Shown here: one piece after another, positions 32,686 to 43,063 of the stretch
Layout of the letters: each line of letters begins with the position of its first letter
Numbering within the stretch: the first letter of the stretch is position 1
NCBI GenBank assembly: GCA_963692865.2
Contig: OY843592.1
Span: 2,880,001 to 2,944,000 of the forward strand
DNA: 64,000 nucleotides
Reading direction: 5' to 3'
DNA from: a bacterium
Lineage (GTDB): Bacteria > UBA8248
Program-made: the position numbers and the translations under genes
The notes under the pieces: model-generated
The model's database searches: none
Told to the model about the DNA's origin: nothing
What the model saw: the letters and a program-made list of their open reading frames with translations, nothing else

Positions 32686-33127
32686 TCACTGCTCCCTTTA
32701 AGTTTCCTCATGCGAAAAATACGTCGCCTGAAATACGAACGAATCAGAACGTCAGACTTGTTATCGGATAAAATCCGTCGAACAGCCCCCGGACGAATTC
32801 GCGGGCAAAAAAGTTCATCGCGCCTTCCAGCGAACTTCACCGCCCTCTCCATATCACGTCCCCCGCTCCGACGCCAGTCCGGGGGGAGAAGATTTCTTCA
32901 ACTCCCCGAAGCCTCGAAATCCGGCTGGAATTTCGGGGCCGGTTCTGTTAGGGTGGGGTTGATTTTCAGGCGGCGCAAAGCCGCCCGGAATAAGTGAAAA
33001 TTTGGATAAAATTGGATAAATTCACGATGTTTTTCGATAAATTCGGCGAGACTTGAAACATCGGGAATGTTCTCATGTAACTCGTTCAAAATCAATCAAT
33101 TATCCTCCCCCCGACGCGTGGTTGCCC

Positions 33128-33961
33128 ATGGCCCGTCGCAGAAGACCGAAACTCGGCCAACACTTCCTGCACGAAAAGAGGTATCTATCGCAAATCATTG
33201 ATTTAGCGGATATTATGCCGGGAGAAAATGTGCTCGAAATCGGCGTCGGCGAAGGCGCTCTCACGCGCCGCCTCCTCGACGCCGGCGCCATCGTCCACGG
33301 CATCGAAATCGACGAAGCGCTCATCCCCGCACTAAGAAAGCTGAAAGATGAACACGCTCGATTTCACCTGATTCAGGGCGACGCGCTCGAAATCGATTAC
33401 GCCGTCCTCCCAGAGAAAATGAAACTGGTGGCGAACCTGCCCTATCAGGTCGCTTCGGCGATAATCTCGCAACTCACTGAAAAGATTGAGCGATTTTCCC
33501 TCATGGTATTGATGGTGCAACGCGAAGTGGGCGAGAGGCTTTGCGCGGCGCCTGGTGGCAAGGATTATGGTTCACTCACTCTTTGGGTGGGGTATCGCTA
33601 TAAGACAGAGCTATGCCAAGTGGTGCCCCCAGGCGCTTTTCGGCCGCCTCCAAAGGTCAACTCCGCGATTGTTCGTCTGCAGGCGAGGGAAAAGCCCCAA
33701 GTAGAGGTGGGAAATGAAAACCTGTATTTCCATATCATCCAGGCGGGTTTCGCGCACCGCAGAAAAACCCTACTCAATAATCTCAAGGCGTTGAATCTAT
33801 GTGATTTAACAGGTTCGAAAAGCTTCTCCTCGAACCCGAAGGTTTTGCAAAATCTTCTCGAAAGAGCAAGCATCGACCCCGAACGGCGGGCCGAGACTCT
33901 GGACGCATACGAATTCGCGAGAATCGCCCGAGCCGTGGAATCGCTCATGGGGAACAAGTAG
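33128..33961 (+). CDS. rsmA: 16S rRNA m6,2A dimethyltransferase
   Basis: LGQHFL, LEIGVGEG, EID, GDAL, ANLPY, MVQREV, FRPPPKVNS, RRKTL; likely start ATG 33128. Confidence 0.96.
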   Translation: MARRRRPKLGQHFLHEKRYLSQIIDLADIMPGENVLEIGVGEGALTRRLLDAGAIVHGIEIDEALIPALRKLKDEHARFHLIQGDALEIDYAVLPEKMKLVANLPYQVASAIISQLTEKIERFSLMVLMVQREVGERLCAAPGGKDYGSLTLWVGYRYKTELCQVVPPGAFRPPPKVNSAIVRLQAREKPQVEVGNENLYFHIIQAGFAHRRKTLLNNLKALNLCDLTGSKSFSSNPKVLQNLLERASIDPERRAETLDAYEFARIARAVESLMGNK

Positions 33962-33964
33962 GCG

Positions 33965-34864
33965 TTGGCGGCTAAAATCTTGATTTACCGAATGGGAGCA
34001 TTCGGGGACACTCTGCTATTGGCTTTATTATTCAAACAGTTACGCACTCATTACGAAAATGCTCACATTACCCTGGCTGCAAACCCCAATTATGCCGGCC
34101 CGCTCCTCGATTCGGGACTGATCCACGAAATTCTCGACGGGGCTTCATCCCCTTTCCATCTCTTGTATAGCGGTCAACCACAAGAAAACGACGCTCTGGC
34201 TCGACTCATTGAGCGCTATGACAGGTGCATGTTCTACAGTTCAGACATTTCAGGAGAACTCGCCAAACGGCTGCACATGCATGGATGGGGCAAATACCAG
34301 ATCCATCCGCCTCTTCCACCTGCCTCGGAGGAAGTTCATATCTGCGAGTGGATGATGCGTCCATGGCCATTTTCAGGCGTACGAAAAGCCGGGAATGTGA
34401 AGCTCATTCCTTCGCAAAAAAGTTTAACTTTATCCAATAAATTGTTGCAGGAGTATGGCATCAATGATTCTGTTTTCTTCGCCCTTCATCCAGGTGGCGG
34501 CGGACGCACCAAATGGGTTCCCCTTGAAATTCTCGCTACTGTAGGGCGAGAACATGCCGATAAAACAGGCCAGCGACCCGTCGTGTTGGAGGGGCCGGCG
34601 GATTCAGTGGCGAGCAAGGAATTTCAAAAGCTTTCAGACGATTTCATTCCCATTATTCGAGATATTCCACCCAAAGTTCTAAGCGCTCTTCTTTCAAAGT
34701 CTTCCGCGTATTTCGGGGGAGATTCCGGCGTTTCTCACCTCGCATCTCTTTATGCGCCTCGATCCACGGTCACGATATTATATGGCCCAGATACCAATAT
34801 GCGGGTTTGGCGTCCCATTGGCTCTGGCACACTCTGTATTCCATGGAAAACATTGCAGGGTTAA
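33965..34864 (+). CDS. Glycosyltransferase family 9 (heptosyltransferase-like)
   Basis: RMGAFGD, LHPGGG..K.W, GGDSGVSHLA, LYGP...W.P. Confidence 0.85.
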   Translation: MAAKILIYRMGAFGDTLLLALLFKQLRTHYENAHITLAANPNYAGPLLDSGLIHEILDGASSPFHLLYSGQPQENDALARLIERYDRCMFYSSDISGELAKRLHMHGWGKYQIHPPLPPASEEVHICEWMMRPWPFSGVRKAGNVKLIPSQKSLTLSNKLLQEYGINDSVFFALHPGGGGRTKWVPLEILATVGREHADKTGQRPVVLEGPADSVASKEFQKLSDDFIPIIRDIPPKVLSALLSKSSAYFGGDSGVSHLASLYAPRSTVTILYGPDTNMRVWRPIGSGTLCIPWKTLQG

Positions 34865-34926
34865 GTTTATCTTTATTCTTTGAAGCATTTTGGGCGAGAG
34901 AAGCGTAACTTCGACAAAAACAAAAA

Positions 34927-35655
34927 TCAATCAATAAGGTTCGCCAGCCTGCCCCAGCGCGGGGAACCTGAATCTCCGTTCCAAGACCAATAAATCATGA
35001 AAGCGGAACCACGGATCTTATCGTCCCAACACGGCGCAGACCATAACGAGCAAGGAAAAGGCAGGCCGAAAGCATATCCCGCAATACGAATCGGTATATG
35101 ATTCACGCGCTCACCCATTTTCAAAAAACCCCAAAATCGGCTGTCCTGGCTATTGTTTCGATTATCCCCCAGCATGAATAAGTGCCCAGGCGGAACTTTC
35201 TGCGGTCCCCATTTGCTCTCAAAACCTGCAGTGGCACCATTCGGCTTAAATTGCACATATTTCTCATACAGCGTCGCACACTTTTCCGGTGTATTCGGCG
35301 TGGCGCAGTTGATAAATACTTTTTCCCCTCGAACCATTACTTCCTCACCCGGCAAAGCAATGACACGCTTGATAAAATCCCGCCGTTCATCCTTGGGAAA
35401 CCTGAACACGATAATATCCCCGCGCTTAGGCTCGCGAAACCAATATATGAATTTATTGACGAGTATGTGGTCTCCGACAAGGAGGGTATTTTCCATCGAG
35501 CCCGATGGTATCTTAAATGCCTGCACCACAAAGGTGCGAACAAACATAGCCAACAACAAAGCAATGATGATCGCTTCAGTATATTCACGAAATGTTGATT
35601 TAGATTTGCGTTTACGTTTCGTACTATTGTCCGTTGCTAAACTGACATCCGACAC
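34927..35655 (-). CDS. lepB: Signal peptidase I
   Basis: Transmembrane segment, then IPSGSMENTL, GDHILVNK, FIKRVI, MLGDNRNNSQDSRFWG. Confidence 0.97.
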   Translation of the reverse strand: MSDVSLATDNSTKRKRKSKSTFREYTEAIIIALLLAMFVRTFVVQAFKIPSGSMENTLLVGDHILVNKFIYWFREPKRGDIIVFRFPKDERRDFIKRVIALPGEEVMVRGEKVFINCATPNTPEKCATLYEKYVQFKPNGATAGFESKWGPQKVPPGHLFMLGDNRNNSQDSRFWGFLKMGERVNHIPIRIAGYAFGLPFPCSLWSAPCWDDKIRGSAFMIYWSWNGDSGSPRWGRLANLID

Positions 35656-35657
35656 GT

Positions 35658-37460
35658 TTACTCCTTGCCCACATCCAAAACAGCCATAAATGCTTCTTGA
35701 GGCACTTCTACGGTACCAATATTCTTCATGCGTTTCTTCCCTTCTCGCTGCTTTTCCAACAACTTCCGTTTCCGCGTGATGTCACCACCATAGCATTTCG
35801 AAGTCACATCTTTTCTCAGTGCTCGAATCGTCTCGCGCGCAATCACCCGGTTCCCGACTGCGGCCTGTATGATAACCTCAAACATTTGCCTTGGGATGAT
35901 TTCTTTCATTTTTTGCACCAGTGCCCGGCCATGATAGTAGGCTTTTTCTTTATGAATGATCGTAGAAAATGGGTCTATCGGCTGTCCGTTGAGCAGGACA
36001 TCCAGCTTTACCACCTCAGCCGGACGGTAATCCAAGTGCTCATAGTCGAAACTCGCGTATCCGCGAGAAACGGATTTTAATTTGTCGTAAAAATCAAAGA
36101 GAATCTCGCTAAATGGCAATTCGTAGACGATTTGTACCGTTGTCGTATCGATATATTCCATAGAACGCTGTATCCCACGCTTCTCCTGCGCTAATTTGAG
36201 AACGGCACCCACATATTCCGAGGGCACAAGAATCGTGCCTAAAATGAAAGGTTCCTCGATCGACTCAATTCTCGATAGTTCGGGTAACTTCGCTGGGCTA
36301 TCAATTTCATCCACCGTAGCATCGCTGAGCAGAACACGAAAAATCACTGTCGGAGCCGTGATGATTAGCGTCAGATCATATTCACGCTCCAGCCTCTCGC
36401 GAATAATTTCCATGTGAAGGAGACCCAAAAATCCACACCTGAAACCAAATCCCAAGGCAACCGACGTCTCAGGTTCATAGGTAAAGGCCGAATCGTTCAG
36501 CCTGAGTTTCTCGAGCGCAGTCCTTAAATCTTCATATTCGGCACTGTCTGAGGCATATAAACCGCTATATACCATCGCTTTCGGCTCCTGGAAGCCTCGG
36601 ATAGCCTCATACGCAGGGTTATTGACAACCGTAATCGTGTCCCCCACCCGGGTATCGCTCACCTCACGTATCGAAGCAGACAGAGTTCCCACTTCGCCCG
36701 GCCCAAGTTCTTTTACTTTCACTTCATGTGGCGTGAATGTGCTCAAACTCAGTACCTGATACTCCTTGCCAGTCGACATGAACCGGACGATCTCGCCCCT
36801 GCGAATAGTGCCCTCGAACATCCGGAAAAGTGGAATGGCTCCCTGGTAGGAATCATACCAAGAATCTATGACAAGTCCTTGAGCGGAGCTTTCCGGCTCT
36901 CCACTTGGAGGAGGAATCCGTTCGACGATTGCTTCAAGTAGCGAATCCACGCCTTCGCCTTGTTTCGCGCTCACCAGGAGGCATTCATCCCCATCAATTC
37001 CGATGATGTCCTCCACTTGCTTTATCACGCGCTCAGGATCGGCCGCCGGCAGATCGATTTTGTTGATCACCGGGACGATGGCTAAGTCCTGCTCTAAAGC
37101 TAGATAGGCATTCGCCATCGTTTGCGCCTGGATACCCTGCGTCGCATCGACCAACAGCAAAGCGCCCTCGCAAGCCTGAAGACTTCGGGAAACTTCATAA
37201 CTGAAATCCACATGGCCGGGCGTGTCTATAAGGTTGAAGACATATTCTTCGTCCCGAACCGATCTATAGAAAATCCGAACCGTCGCCGCCTTGATGGTAA
37301 TGCCTCGCTCCTGCTCCAAGGCCATAGAATCCAGTACCTGAGAAGACATTTCACGCTTTGAGAGCGCTCCGGTCATTTCCAGAATGCGATCCGCCAAGGT
37401 GGACTTTCCATGGTCTATATGTGCGATGATGGAAAAGTTTCTGATTCGTTCGATATCCAC
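35658..37460 (-). CDS. lepA: Elongation factor 4 (LepA)
   Basis: [53 protein letters not shown]. Confidence 0.99.
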   Translation of the reverse strand: MDIERIRNFSIIAHIDHGKSTLADRILEMTGALSKREMSSQVLDSMALEQERGITIKAATVRIFYRSVRDEEYVFNLIDTPGHVDFSYEVSRSLQACEGALLLVDATQGIQAQTMANAYLALEQDLAIVPVINKIDLPAADPERVIKQVEDIIGIDGDECLLVSAKQGEGVDSLLEAIVERIPPPSGEPESSAQGLVIDSWYDSYQGAIPLFRMFEGTIRRGEIVRFMSTGKEYQVLSLSTFTPHEVKVKELGPGEVGTLSASIREVSDTRVGDTITVVNNPAYEAIRGFQEPKAMVYSGLYASDSAEYEDLRTALEKLRLNDSAFTYEPETSVALGFGFRCGFLGLLHMEIIRERLEREYDLTLIITAPTVIFRVLLSDATVDEIDSPAKLPELSRIESIEEPFILGTILVPSEYVGAVLKLAQEKRGIQRSMEYIDTTTVQIVYELPFSEILFDFYDKLKSVSRGYASFDYEHLDYRPAEVVKLDVLLNGQPIDPFSTIIHKEKAYYHGRALVQKMKEIIPRQMFEVIIQAAVGNRVIARETIRALRKDVTSKCYGGDITRKRKLLEKQREGKKRMKNIGTVEVPQEAFMAVLDVGKE

Positions 37461-37745
37461 GATTAGAAGAAATCTCTCTGGGAAGGCGAATAGTGCAAAT
37501 GCCGGAATCGAGTGAGGCCAGTTGAAAAGCTCATGGCCGTTTCTCGATTCCCAAGCACCTGAAAAAAAGCAATCCTCAACAAACCTGCTAAATTCCCCTG
37601 TTATCGAGCGAACACGCTATATCAAACTTGTTCAACCTCGGTCAAATTGATTGCTCCCGGAAATACACGATGCTAGCATATACAAAGTGCGGTGTTTCGG
37701 ACGTTCATGCGTATTTCGGACCCAACGATTAGGGTACACTTGGCT

Positions 37746-39155
37746 ATGAGTTGCCGCAGTCTACATGTTTCTACCCACCTATTCTTATTGTTGTCCTGCT
37801 TACTATGCGCCTCACCAGTATCTGCGGCCATGTTTCACCCATTCGGTAGTCATCTCATCATTGATGCGGCCAAGAAATTACAACCTTCCGTTGTACATAT
37901 TCGTGTAAAACCAAAAGACACAGGAGGGAATCCGCTACTCAACCTCTTCGGCAGAGGACGTCAAAAAGACAACCCTCCAAAATTTGATCAGGGGAATGTG
38001 CCCTTTAGCGAGCACTACAACGTGGGATCAGGAATCATTGTCTCACAAAAAGGTCATATCTTAACCAATCACCACGTTATAAAGAACGCGCAAGAAATTA
38101 TGGTCAAACTCCATGAAGGAGAGGAATTTGCAGCCCGTTTGCTGGGTGTGGACGATAAAACAGATCTTGCATTGCTAAAAATAAAACCGACTCAAAAACT
38201 TCAAGAAGCATCTCTCGGAGATTCCGATAAAATAGATGTCGGACAGTGGGTTATAGCGATTGGCAGCCCGTTTGGCTTGGCGAATTCCGTATCGGTGGGA
38301 ATAATCAGCGCAAAAGGTCGGGATTTGAAAGAAGGTCCTTATGATGAGTATCTTCAAACCGACGCGTCGATCAACCCTGGCAACTCCGGTGGCCCACTCG
38401 CAAATACGGAAGGGGTCGTCATCGGGGTCAACACAGCGATATTTTCCAGTGGGTCACGCGCTTGGAGTTTGGGTATCGGTTTCGCTATTCCGATTAACCA
38501 AGCCAAAGCCGTTATTGATTCCCTTCGCCATACAGGCTATCCGGTACGGGGTCGTCTGGGTGCGGCCATATCAGCAGTCCCCCGGCAAGAGGGGAAGAAT
38601 CTGGGCTTAGCCCGCTTCGAGGGCGCCAAGCTCACGCAAGTTACTCGCGGGGGTCCCGCTCATCGTGCCGGCTTGCGCCGAGGAGACGTCGTTGTTGAAT
38701 TCGACGGCAAATCTGTCAGCACATGGCAGAGTCTTCCCCGCATAGTGGCCCGCACACAACCAAATTCCCTTGTGTTGATAAAATATTATCGAGAAAAACG
38801 TCTTGAGAGCGTCTACATACGCATAGGAAGCCAGCCCGAAGCGCCGCAATCACGACAGATGACAAACCATACTTTCATGGGAATGAAAGTAGAGATGCTT
38901 ACCCCGCATCTCGCCCAGCGTTTTGGGTTGATCTATGAGAAAAATAAATTGGTGGTTTCCTTGATTCTGAGAGGCGGAATCGCTGAACTCAGTGGAATCA
39001 GACCCGGCGATGAAATCCAAGAGGTAAACCACAAACCCGTAAACACTATAGAAGAGTTCCGATCCCTGATTGAGGAATCCCGCCTTGACGGTTCAGTACT
39101 CCTGTTCTTGAAAAGAAAAGAAACAAATCTTTTCGCTGCTCTTAAGACCAAGTAA
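37746..39155 (+). CDS. HtrA/DegQ-family serine protease with two PDZ domains
   Basis: Signal-like N-terminus, GSG, TNHHV, DLALLK, QTDASINPGNSGGPL, two PDZ domains. Start uncertain (37692-37746). Confidence 0.95.
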   Translation: MSCRSLHVSTHLFLLLSCLLCASPVSAAMFHPFGSHLIIDAAKKLQPSVVHIRVKPKDTGGNPLLNLFGRGRQKDNPPKFDQGNVPFSEHYNVGSGIIVSQKGHILTNHHVIKNAQEIMVKLHEGEEFAARLLGVDDKTDLALLKIKPTQKLQEASLGDSDKIDVGQWVIAIGSPFGLANSVSVGIISAKGRDLKEGPYDEYLQTDASINPGNSGGPLANTEGVVIGVNTAIFSSGSRAWSLGIGFAIPINQAKAVIDSLRHTGYPVRGRLGAAISAVPRQEGKNLGLARFEGAKLTQVTRGGPAHRAGLRRGDVVVEFDGKSVSTWQSLPRIVARTQPNSLVLIKYYREKRLESVYIRIGSQPEAPQSRQMTNHTFMGMKVEMLTPHLAQRFGLIYEKNKLVVSLILRGGIAELSGIRPGDEIQEVNHKPVNTIEEFRSLIEESRLDGSVLLFLKRKETNLFAALKTK

Positions 39156-39248
39156 GCACTTCGCGACAACCTTGAAATGATGGATCAAAACCATCATCAT
39201 CCCAAGATTCATTTCTCCTTTTACCGAGGTTGAAGGAGACTTCAAAGA

Positions 39249-40391
39249 TTACACTCCCAACCATCGTTCATACTGTTGCAAGGCGTAACGGTCCGTCATT
39301 CCGGCGACATAATCACAAACCATTCGATGTCGTCCATCCGTTTTTTCCAGTTTGCGTACATGTTCCGGGATTTTATGTGGCTCGACGATGTACATGTGAA
39401 ATAATCCATTCAACGTTTTTCGAGCGCTTTTCTCTAATTTCATGACACGTTCGTTCTTATACATCCGCGCCATCAAGAAACGTTTGAGTTCGATGTTCTT
39501 CTCGTTCATCTCTTCATCGAAAACAACCAAATCATGCCCATTTTTTCTGACATCTAAAATATCCCGGATATTCCGAGTCATAAGGCGCTCGCATGTGGAT
39601 GTGATGATATCTTGAACTTGTGAGTTGATAATTCGGCGAATGGTGTCGTGCTTACTCTCTCGTCGGGAAGATTTGGGAAAAGATTTTTTTGAGTTTCCAT
39701 AGTGTTCACGCCAAAGGCGCGTATCCTGCAAATCTTCTAGATCGAATAGTCGTGATGACAAGCCATCGTCCAAATCGTGATTGTTGTATGCAATCTCATC
39801 CGCCACGTCTACCACCTGAGCTTCAAGGCTGGGAGAGACCCTATTCGTCAGACCCGGAGGCATCGGGCCTTCGTAGCGATGAAGGTATTTAATGATTCCT
39901 TCGCGTGTTTCCCATGTCAGGTTCAAACCCGGGAACGATGGGTAGCGCTTTTCTAAAACTTCGACGACCCGCAGGGCTTGCAAATTATGCTCAAACCCGC
40001 CGTGATCTTGCATCAGTTCATCTAAAACTTTCTCTCCGGCATGACCAAAAGGCGGATGACCCAAATCGTGCGCAAGGGCAACGGCCTCGGCAAGTTCTTC
40101 ATTCAAGCTTAGCGCACGCGCGATGGAGCGAGCGATTTGGCTTACCTCTATTGTGTGTGTCAAACGTGTCCGGTAATGATCCCCTTCATGATTCACAAAA
40201 ACCTGGGTCTTGTATTCAAGCCTCCTAAACGCCTGTGTATGGATAATCCGGTCCCGATCACGCTGAAAAGCCGTCCTCATGTCGTGTTCAGGTTCCGGGT
40301 GCCTCCGTCCGAGACTATCGGCGCTATGCGCGGCATAAGGGGCCAACAGGGACTTCTCTCTCTCCTCAATAGAAACTCGAGTGTTGTTCAT
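39249..40391 (-). CDS. dgt: Deoxyguanosinetriphosphate triphosphohydrolase (HD family)
   Basis: FQRDRDRI, KTQVF, RTRLTHT, HDLGHPPFGHAGE, DEIAY..HDLDDG, DYVAGMTD. Confidence 0.95.
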   Translation of the reverse strand: MNNTRVSIEEREKSLLAPYAAHSADSLGRRHPEPEHDMRTAFQRDRDRIIHTQAFRRLEYKTQVFVNHEGDHYRTRLTHTIEVSQIARSIARALSLNEELAEAVALAHDLGHPPFGHAGEKVLDELMQDHGGFEHNLQALRVVEVLEKRYPSFPGLNLTWETREGIIKYLHRYEGPMPPGLTNRVSPSLEAQVVDVADEIAYNNHDLDDGLSSRLFDLEDLQDTRLWREHYGNSKKSFPKSSRRESKHDTIRRIINSQVQDIITSTCERLMTRNIRDILDVRKNGHDLVVFDEEMNEKNIELKRFLMARMYKNERVMKLEKSARKTLNGLFHMYIVEPHKIPEHVRKLEKTDGRHRMVCDYVAGMTDRYALQQYERWLGV

Positions 40392-40412
40392 ATACTTACC
40401 AACTCTCAAAAA

Positions 40413-41348
40413 TCAGTCTGTTTCACAAACAGGCGGGATACTCGCGCGCCATGCGGCGAATAAGTAAGTCGTTGCCAGAGAAGCCCATGGATGCCACCTA
40501 TCAGCTTGCCTGCGCGCCGCTTCCTCGTCCACACGCTCTTCTCCGAAACAATAACGCGCCACAACTTTCTGTACTCCCAGATCACCGCCGGGAAATACCT
40601 CCACGCGGCCGAGCGCCCGAAACAACATTTGCTCGGCTGTCCAACGACCCACACCCCTTATCTCGGTCAAACGAGCCACCGCTTCATCTATAGGGAGAAT
40701 ACGCAGTTCGCTCTCTTCCAATCGACCCTCGAGAGCAGCGCGCGCCACGGCAATCACATATTCGGCCTTACGTTCCGAAAATTGCATCGCGCGAAAGGTG
40801 GATACGCGCGCTCTGGCCAAACGCTCCCGGCGCGGAAAAGCGTAATGCGTCTGTCCATCGATGCGCAATTTCCTCCCCCATCGCTTCACCATACGCCCCC
40901 GTATCGCGCCGGCGAACGTTAAATTCACCTGTTGCGCCGTAATCGCCGTAACAAGAGCCTCGAATACACTCAGGTATCGTATTGGTTTGAGCCCTTTGAA
41001 TTTTTTCGCAATCGGAGCCAAATTCATATCGTCTCTCGCCATCCTGTAAAATGGTCTCAAATCAAGATCAAAAGCCAAAATGTGCCTGATCGCTTCTAAA
41101 CCGGCATTTTGGGCCAATTTCGTCATCCGCCCTTCAGTGGTGATTCGAAACCGAATCGCGCCCCGGCCTTCGCCTTCATTTTCAGCTTCCAATAAGACCA
41201 ATTCACCATTCCCGTCTTCTACAACCCTGCGGTACACCCCGTCTGCGTAGGAGTTGACGAACTCCTCTCTGGAAACGCGGAAACGCAGCAAACTCTCGTG
41301 AAACAAAAAAGGCTCGGGGGGATGCAAGATTTTGGTTACAGATCCCAT
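40413..41348 (-). CDS. alkA: DNA-3-methyladenine glycosylase II (AlkA-like, HhH-GPD)
   Basis: AlkA N-domain, FEALVTAITAQQV, IRGVGRWTAE, FPGGDLG, WHPWAS. Confidence 0.88.
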   Translation of the reverse strand: MGSVTKILHPPEPFLFHESLLRFRVSREEFVNSYADGVYRRVVEDGNGELVLLEAENEGEGRGAIRFRITTEGRMTKLAQNAGLEAIRHILAFDLDLRPFYRMARDDMNLAPIAKKFKGLKPIRYLSVFEALVTAITAQQVNLTFAGAIRGRMVKRWGRKLRIDGQTHYAFPRRERLARARVSTFRAMQFSERKAEYVIAVARAALEGRLEESELRILPIDEAVARLTEIRGVGRWTAEQMLFRALGRVEVFPGGDLGVQKVVARYCFGEERVDEEAARRQADRWHPWASLATTYLFAAWRASIPPVCETD

Positions 41349-41349
41349 A

Positions 41350-42123
41350 CTATTCCACCATCCGTCTACTCACCAAAACACAGGCGACAGCCAGGAACAA
41401 GAACGTAAAACCAAGTAGAAAAGAAAAATGCCAGATGAAATTCTCAACATGCCCATAAATAAACAAGCCGCGCGAGATTCTCACCGCATGCGTGAGCGGG
41501 AGAGCGTCGGATAAGCGTTCCACCCAAAGCGGAAGACCTTTGATCGGAAACAAAGTGCCCGCGAAGAAAAACATGGGCATGACGATGGCGGAAAAATAAA
41601 AATTGAAAAACGAAAAACTATGAGCCAACGACGTCGCAATCAGCCCCAAGGCTGCGAACATCACCGCTTCGATAAACAGAATCGGGAGAATCGCCACTGC
41701 CCACAACGATCCTACCAGGCCGAACAAACTCAAAACTACCAACATCAATGTCGAGCCAATCAATGCGCGGCTGGCGCACCAGAGAAGGTCCCCCAGCACG
41801 ATATCGCCCACCGTGAGCGGAGCCATCAACATGGATTCATACACGTTTTGAATTCTCATTCTCGAATAAGCCCCGTATGTGGACTCATACGTGGCGTTCC
41901 ACATGGCGACGGAAACCATCAACCCGGGGCCTATGAATTGCGCATATGAGATGCCGTCCAGACTCGGCACCAAGCGGCCGAGACCATAACCAAACGCCAC
42001 CAACCACAAAATATGTTCACCCAGATTGCCTGCCCATTCCGCCAGATAGAAAGAGCGATAGTACACCAGATGGCGAACCCAGACGCGAAAGGCGCGATGG
42101 CTCGGAGCCTGGGGGAAAAACAT
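41350..42123 (-). CDS. ABC-2 transporter permease (NodJ-like)
   Basis: About six hydrophobic helices, FIGPGL, PMFFFAGTLFP, LPLTH. ATG at 42123 overlaps the stop of the ATPase gene. Confidence 0.88.
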   Translation of the reverse strand: MFFPQAPSHRAFRVWVRHLVYYRSFYLAEWAGNLGEHILWLVAFGYGLGRLVPSLDGISYAQFIGPGLMVSVAMWNATYESTYGAYSRMRIQNVYESMLMAPLTVGDIVLGDLLWCASRALIGSTLMLVVLSLFGLVGSLWAVAILPILFIEAVMFAALGLIATSLAHSFSFFNFYFSAIVMPMFFFAGTLFPIKGLPLWVERLSDALPLTHAVRISRGLFIYGHVENFIWHFSFLLGFTFLFLAVACVLVSRRMVE

Positions 42124-43049
42124 CAATCCCGAAGCTCCCGGCCAGTCAGCCTTAGAAACAAATCCTCCAGGGTGGCGGGTCTTCTTAAAAAATCCTTCCG
42201 CCCGCAAGAAATCAGATGCTCCATCACACCCGTTCCGTCGTGGCTGTACAGGTACAATATATCGGCAACGACTTCGGTGGTTACGGGGAGGCCTCGCAAC
42301 GAGTCGAGCAATTCTCCCGAAGCGCCGCCTCTCAGTTCGTACACCTCATCGCCTACTTGTTCCTGAACCAGGGTTTGCGGTGACCCCTCAAGAAGAAATT
42401 TCCCCACATCCATGATGCCGATGCGATCGCACATTTGGGCCGCCTCCTCCATATAATGCGTGGTGAGGAGGATGGTCAGACCCCGCGCCTTGAGTTCCCG
42501 GAGCCTCTGCCAGACAAGATGCCTCGCCTGCGGGTCGAGTCCCGTGGTGGGTTCATCCAGAATCAGGAATTTCGGTTCGTGAATGAGGGCGCGCGCAATG
42601 TGGAGGCGACGCTTCATTCCGCCGGACAGCGTCTTGATTCGCGAGTCCCATTTTTCGCTGAGTTGCATGAAATCGAGAAGATACTCGATTCGGGATAATG
42701 ACGCCTTCTTGGAAAGACTGAAAAATCCGGCATAGACCCAAAGATTTTCATATACGGTCAAATCCCGGTCCAGGGTATCTTCTTGCGACACGATGCCCAT
42801 CTGCGCTCGAACGAGGCGACTCTGGGTCGCCACATCTCTACCCAACACCCTCAGGGCGCCCGCATCAGGCTGAACGGCTCCATGCAGCATTTTGATTGTC
42901 GTGGTTTTGCCGGCCCCGTTCGGACCGAGAATCCCGAAACACTCCCCGGGCTTCACCTGAAGCGAGACGCCATCGACGGCTTTGAGCGTTCCGAAGGATT
43001 TTTCGATGCCTTGGGCGTCTATCACGAATTCAGACAACGAAAACTCCAC
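42123..43049 (-). CDS. ABC transporter ATP-binding protein (NodI-like)
   Basis: [56 protein letters not shown]. Confidence 0.93.
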   Translation of the reverse strand: MEFSLSEFVIDAQGIEKSFGTLKAVDGVSLQVKPGECFGILGPNGAGKTTTIKMLHGAVQPDAGALRVLGRDVATQSRLVRAQMGIVSQEDTLDRDLTVYENLWVYAGFFSLSKKASLSRIEYLLDFMQLSEKWDSRIKTLSGGMKRRLHIARALIHEPKFLILDEPTTGLDPQARHLVWQRLRELKARGLTILLTTHYMEEAAQMCDRIGIMDVGKFLLEGSPQTLVQEQVGDEVYELRGGASGELLDSLRGLPVTTEVVADILYLYSHDGTGVMEHLISCGRKDFLRRPATLEDLFLRLTGRELRD

Positions 43050-43063
43050 CGAACTGTTCGGCC

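Noticed and set aside
39249-40391. Anti-phage dGTPase defence system
   Set aside because: It looks like the ordinary ~380-aa housekeeping Dgt in an operon with alkA/ABC/gdh, with no defence-island context.
41350-43049. Nod-factor export / nodulation system
   Set aside because: NodIJ-like ABC-2 pairs are widespread, and no nodABC-like genes are present in the window.
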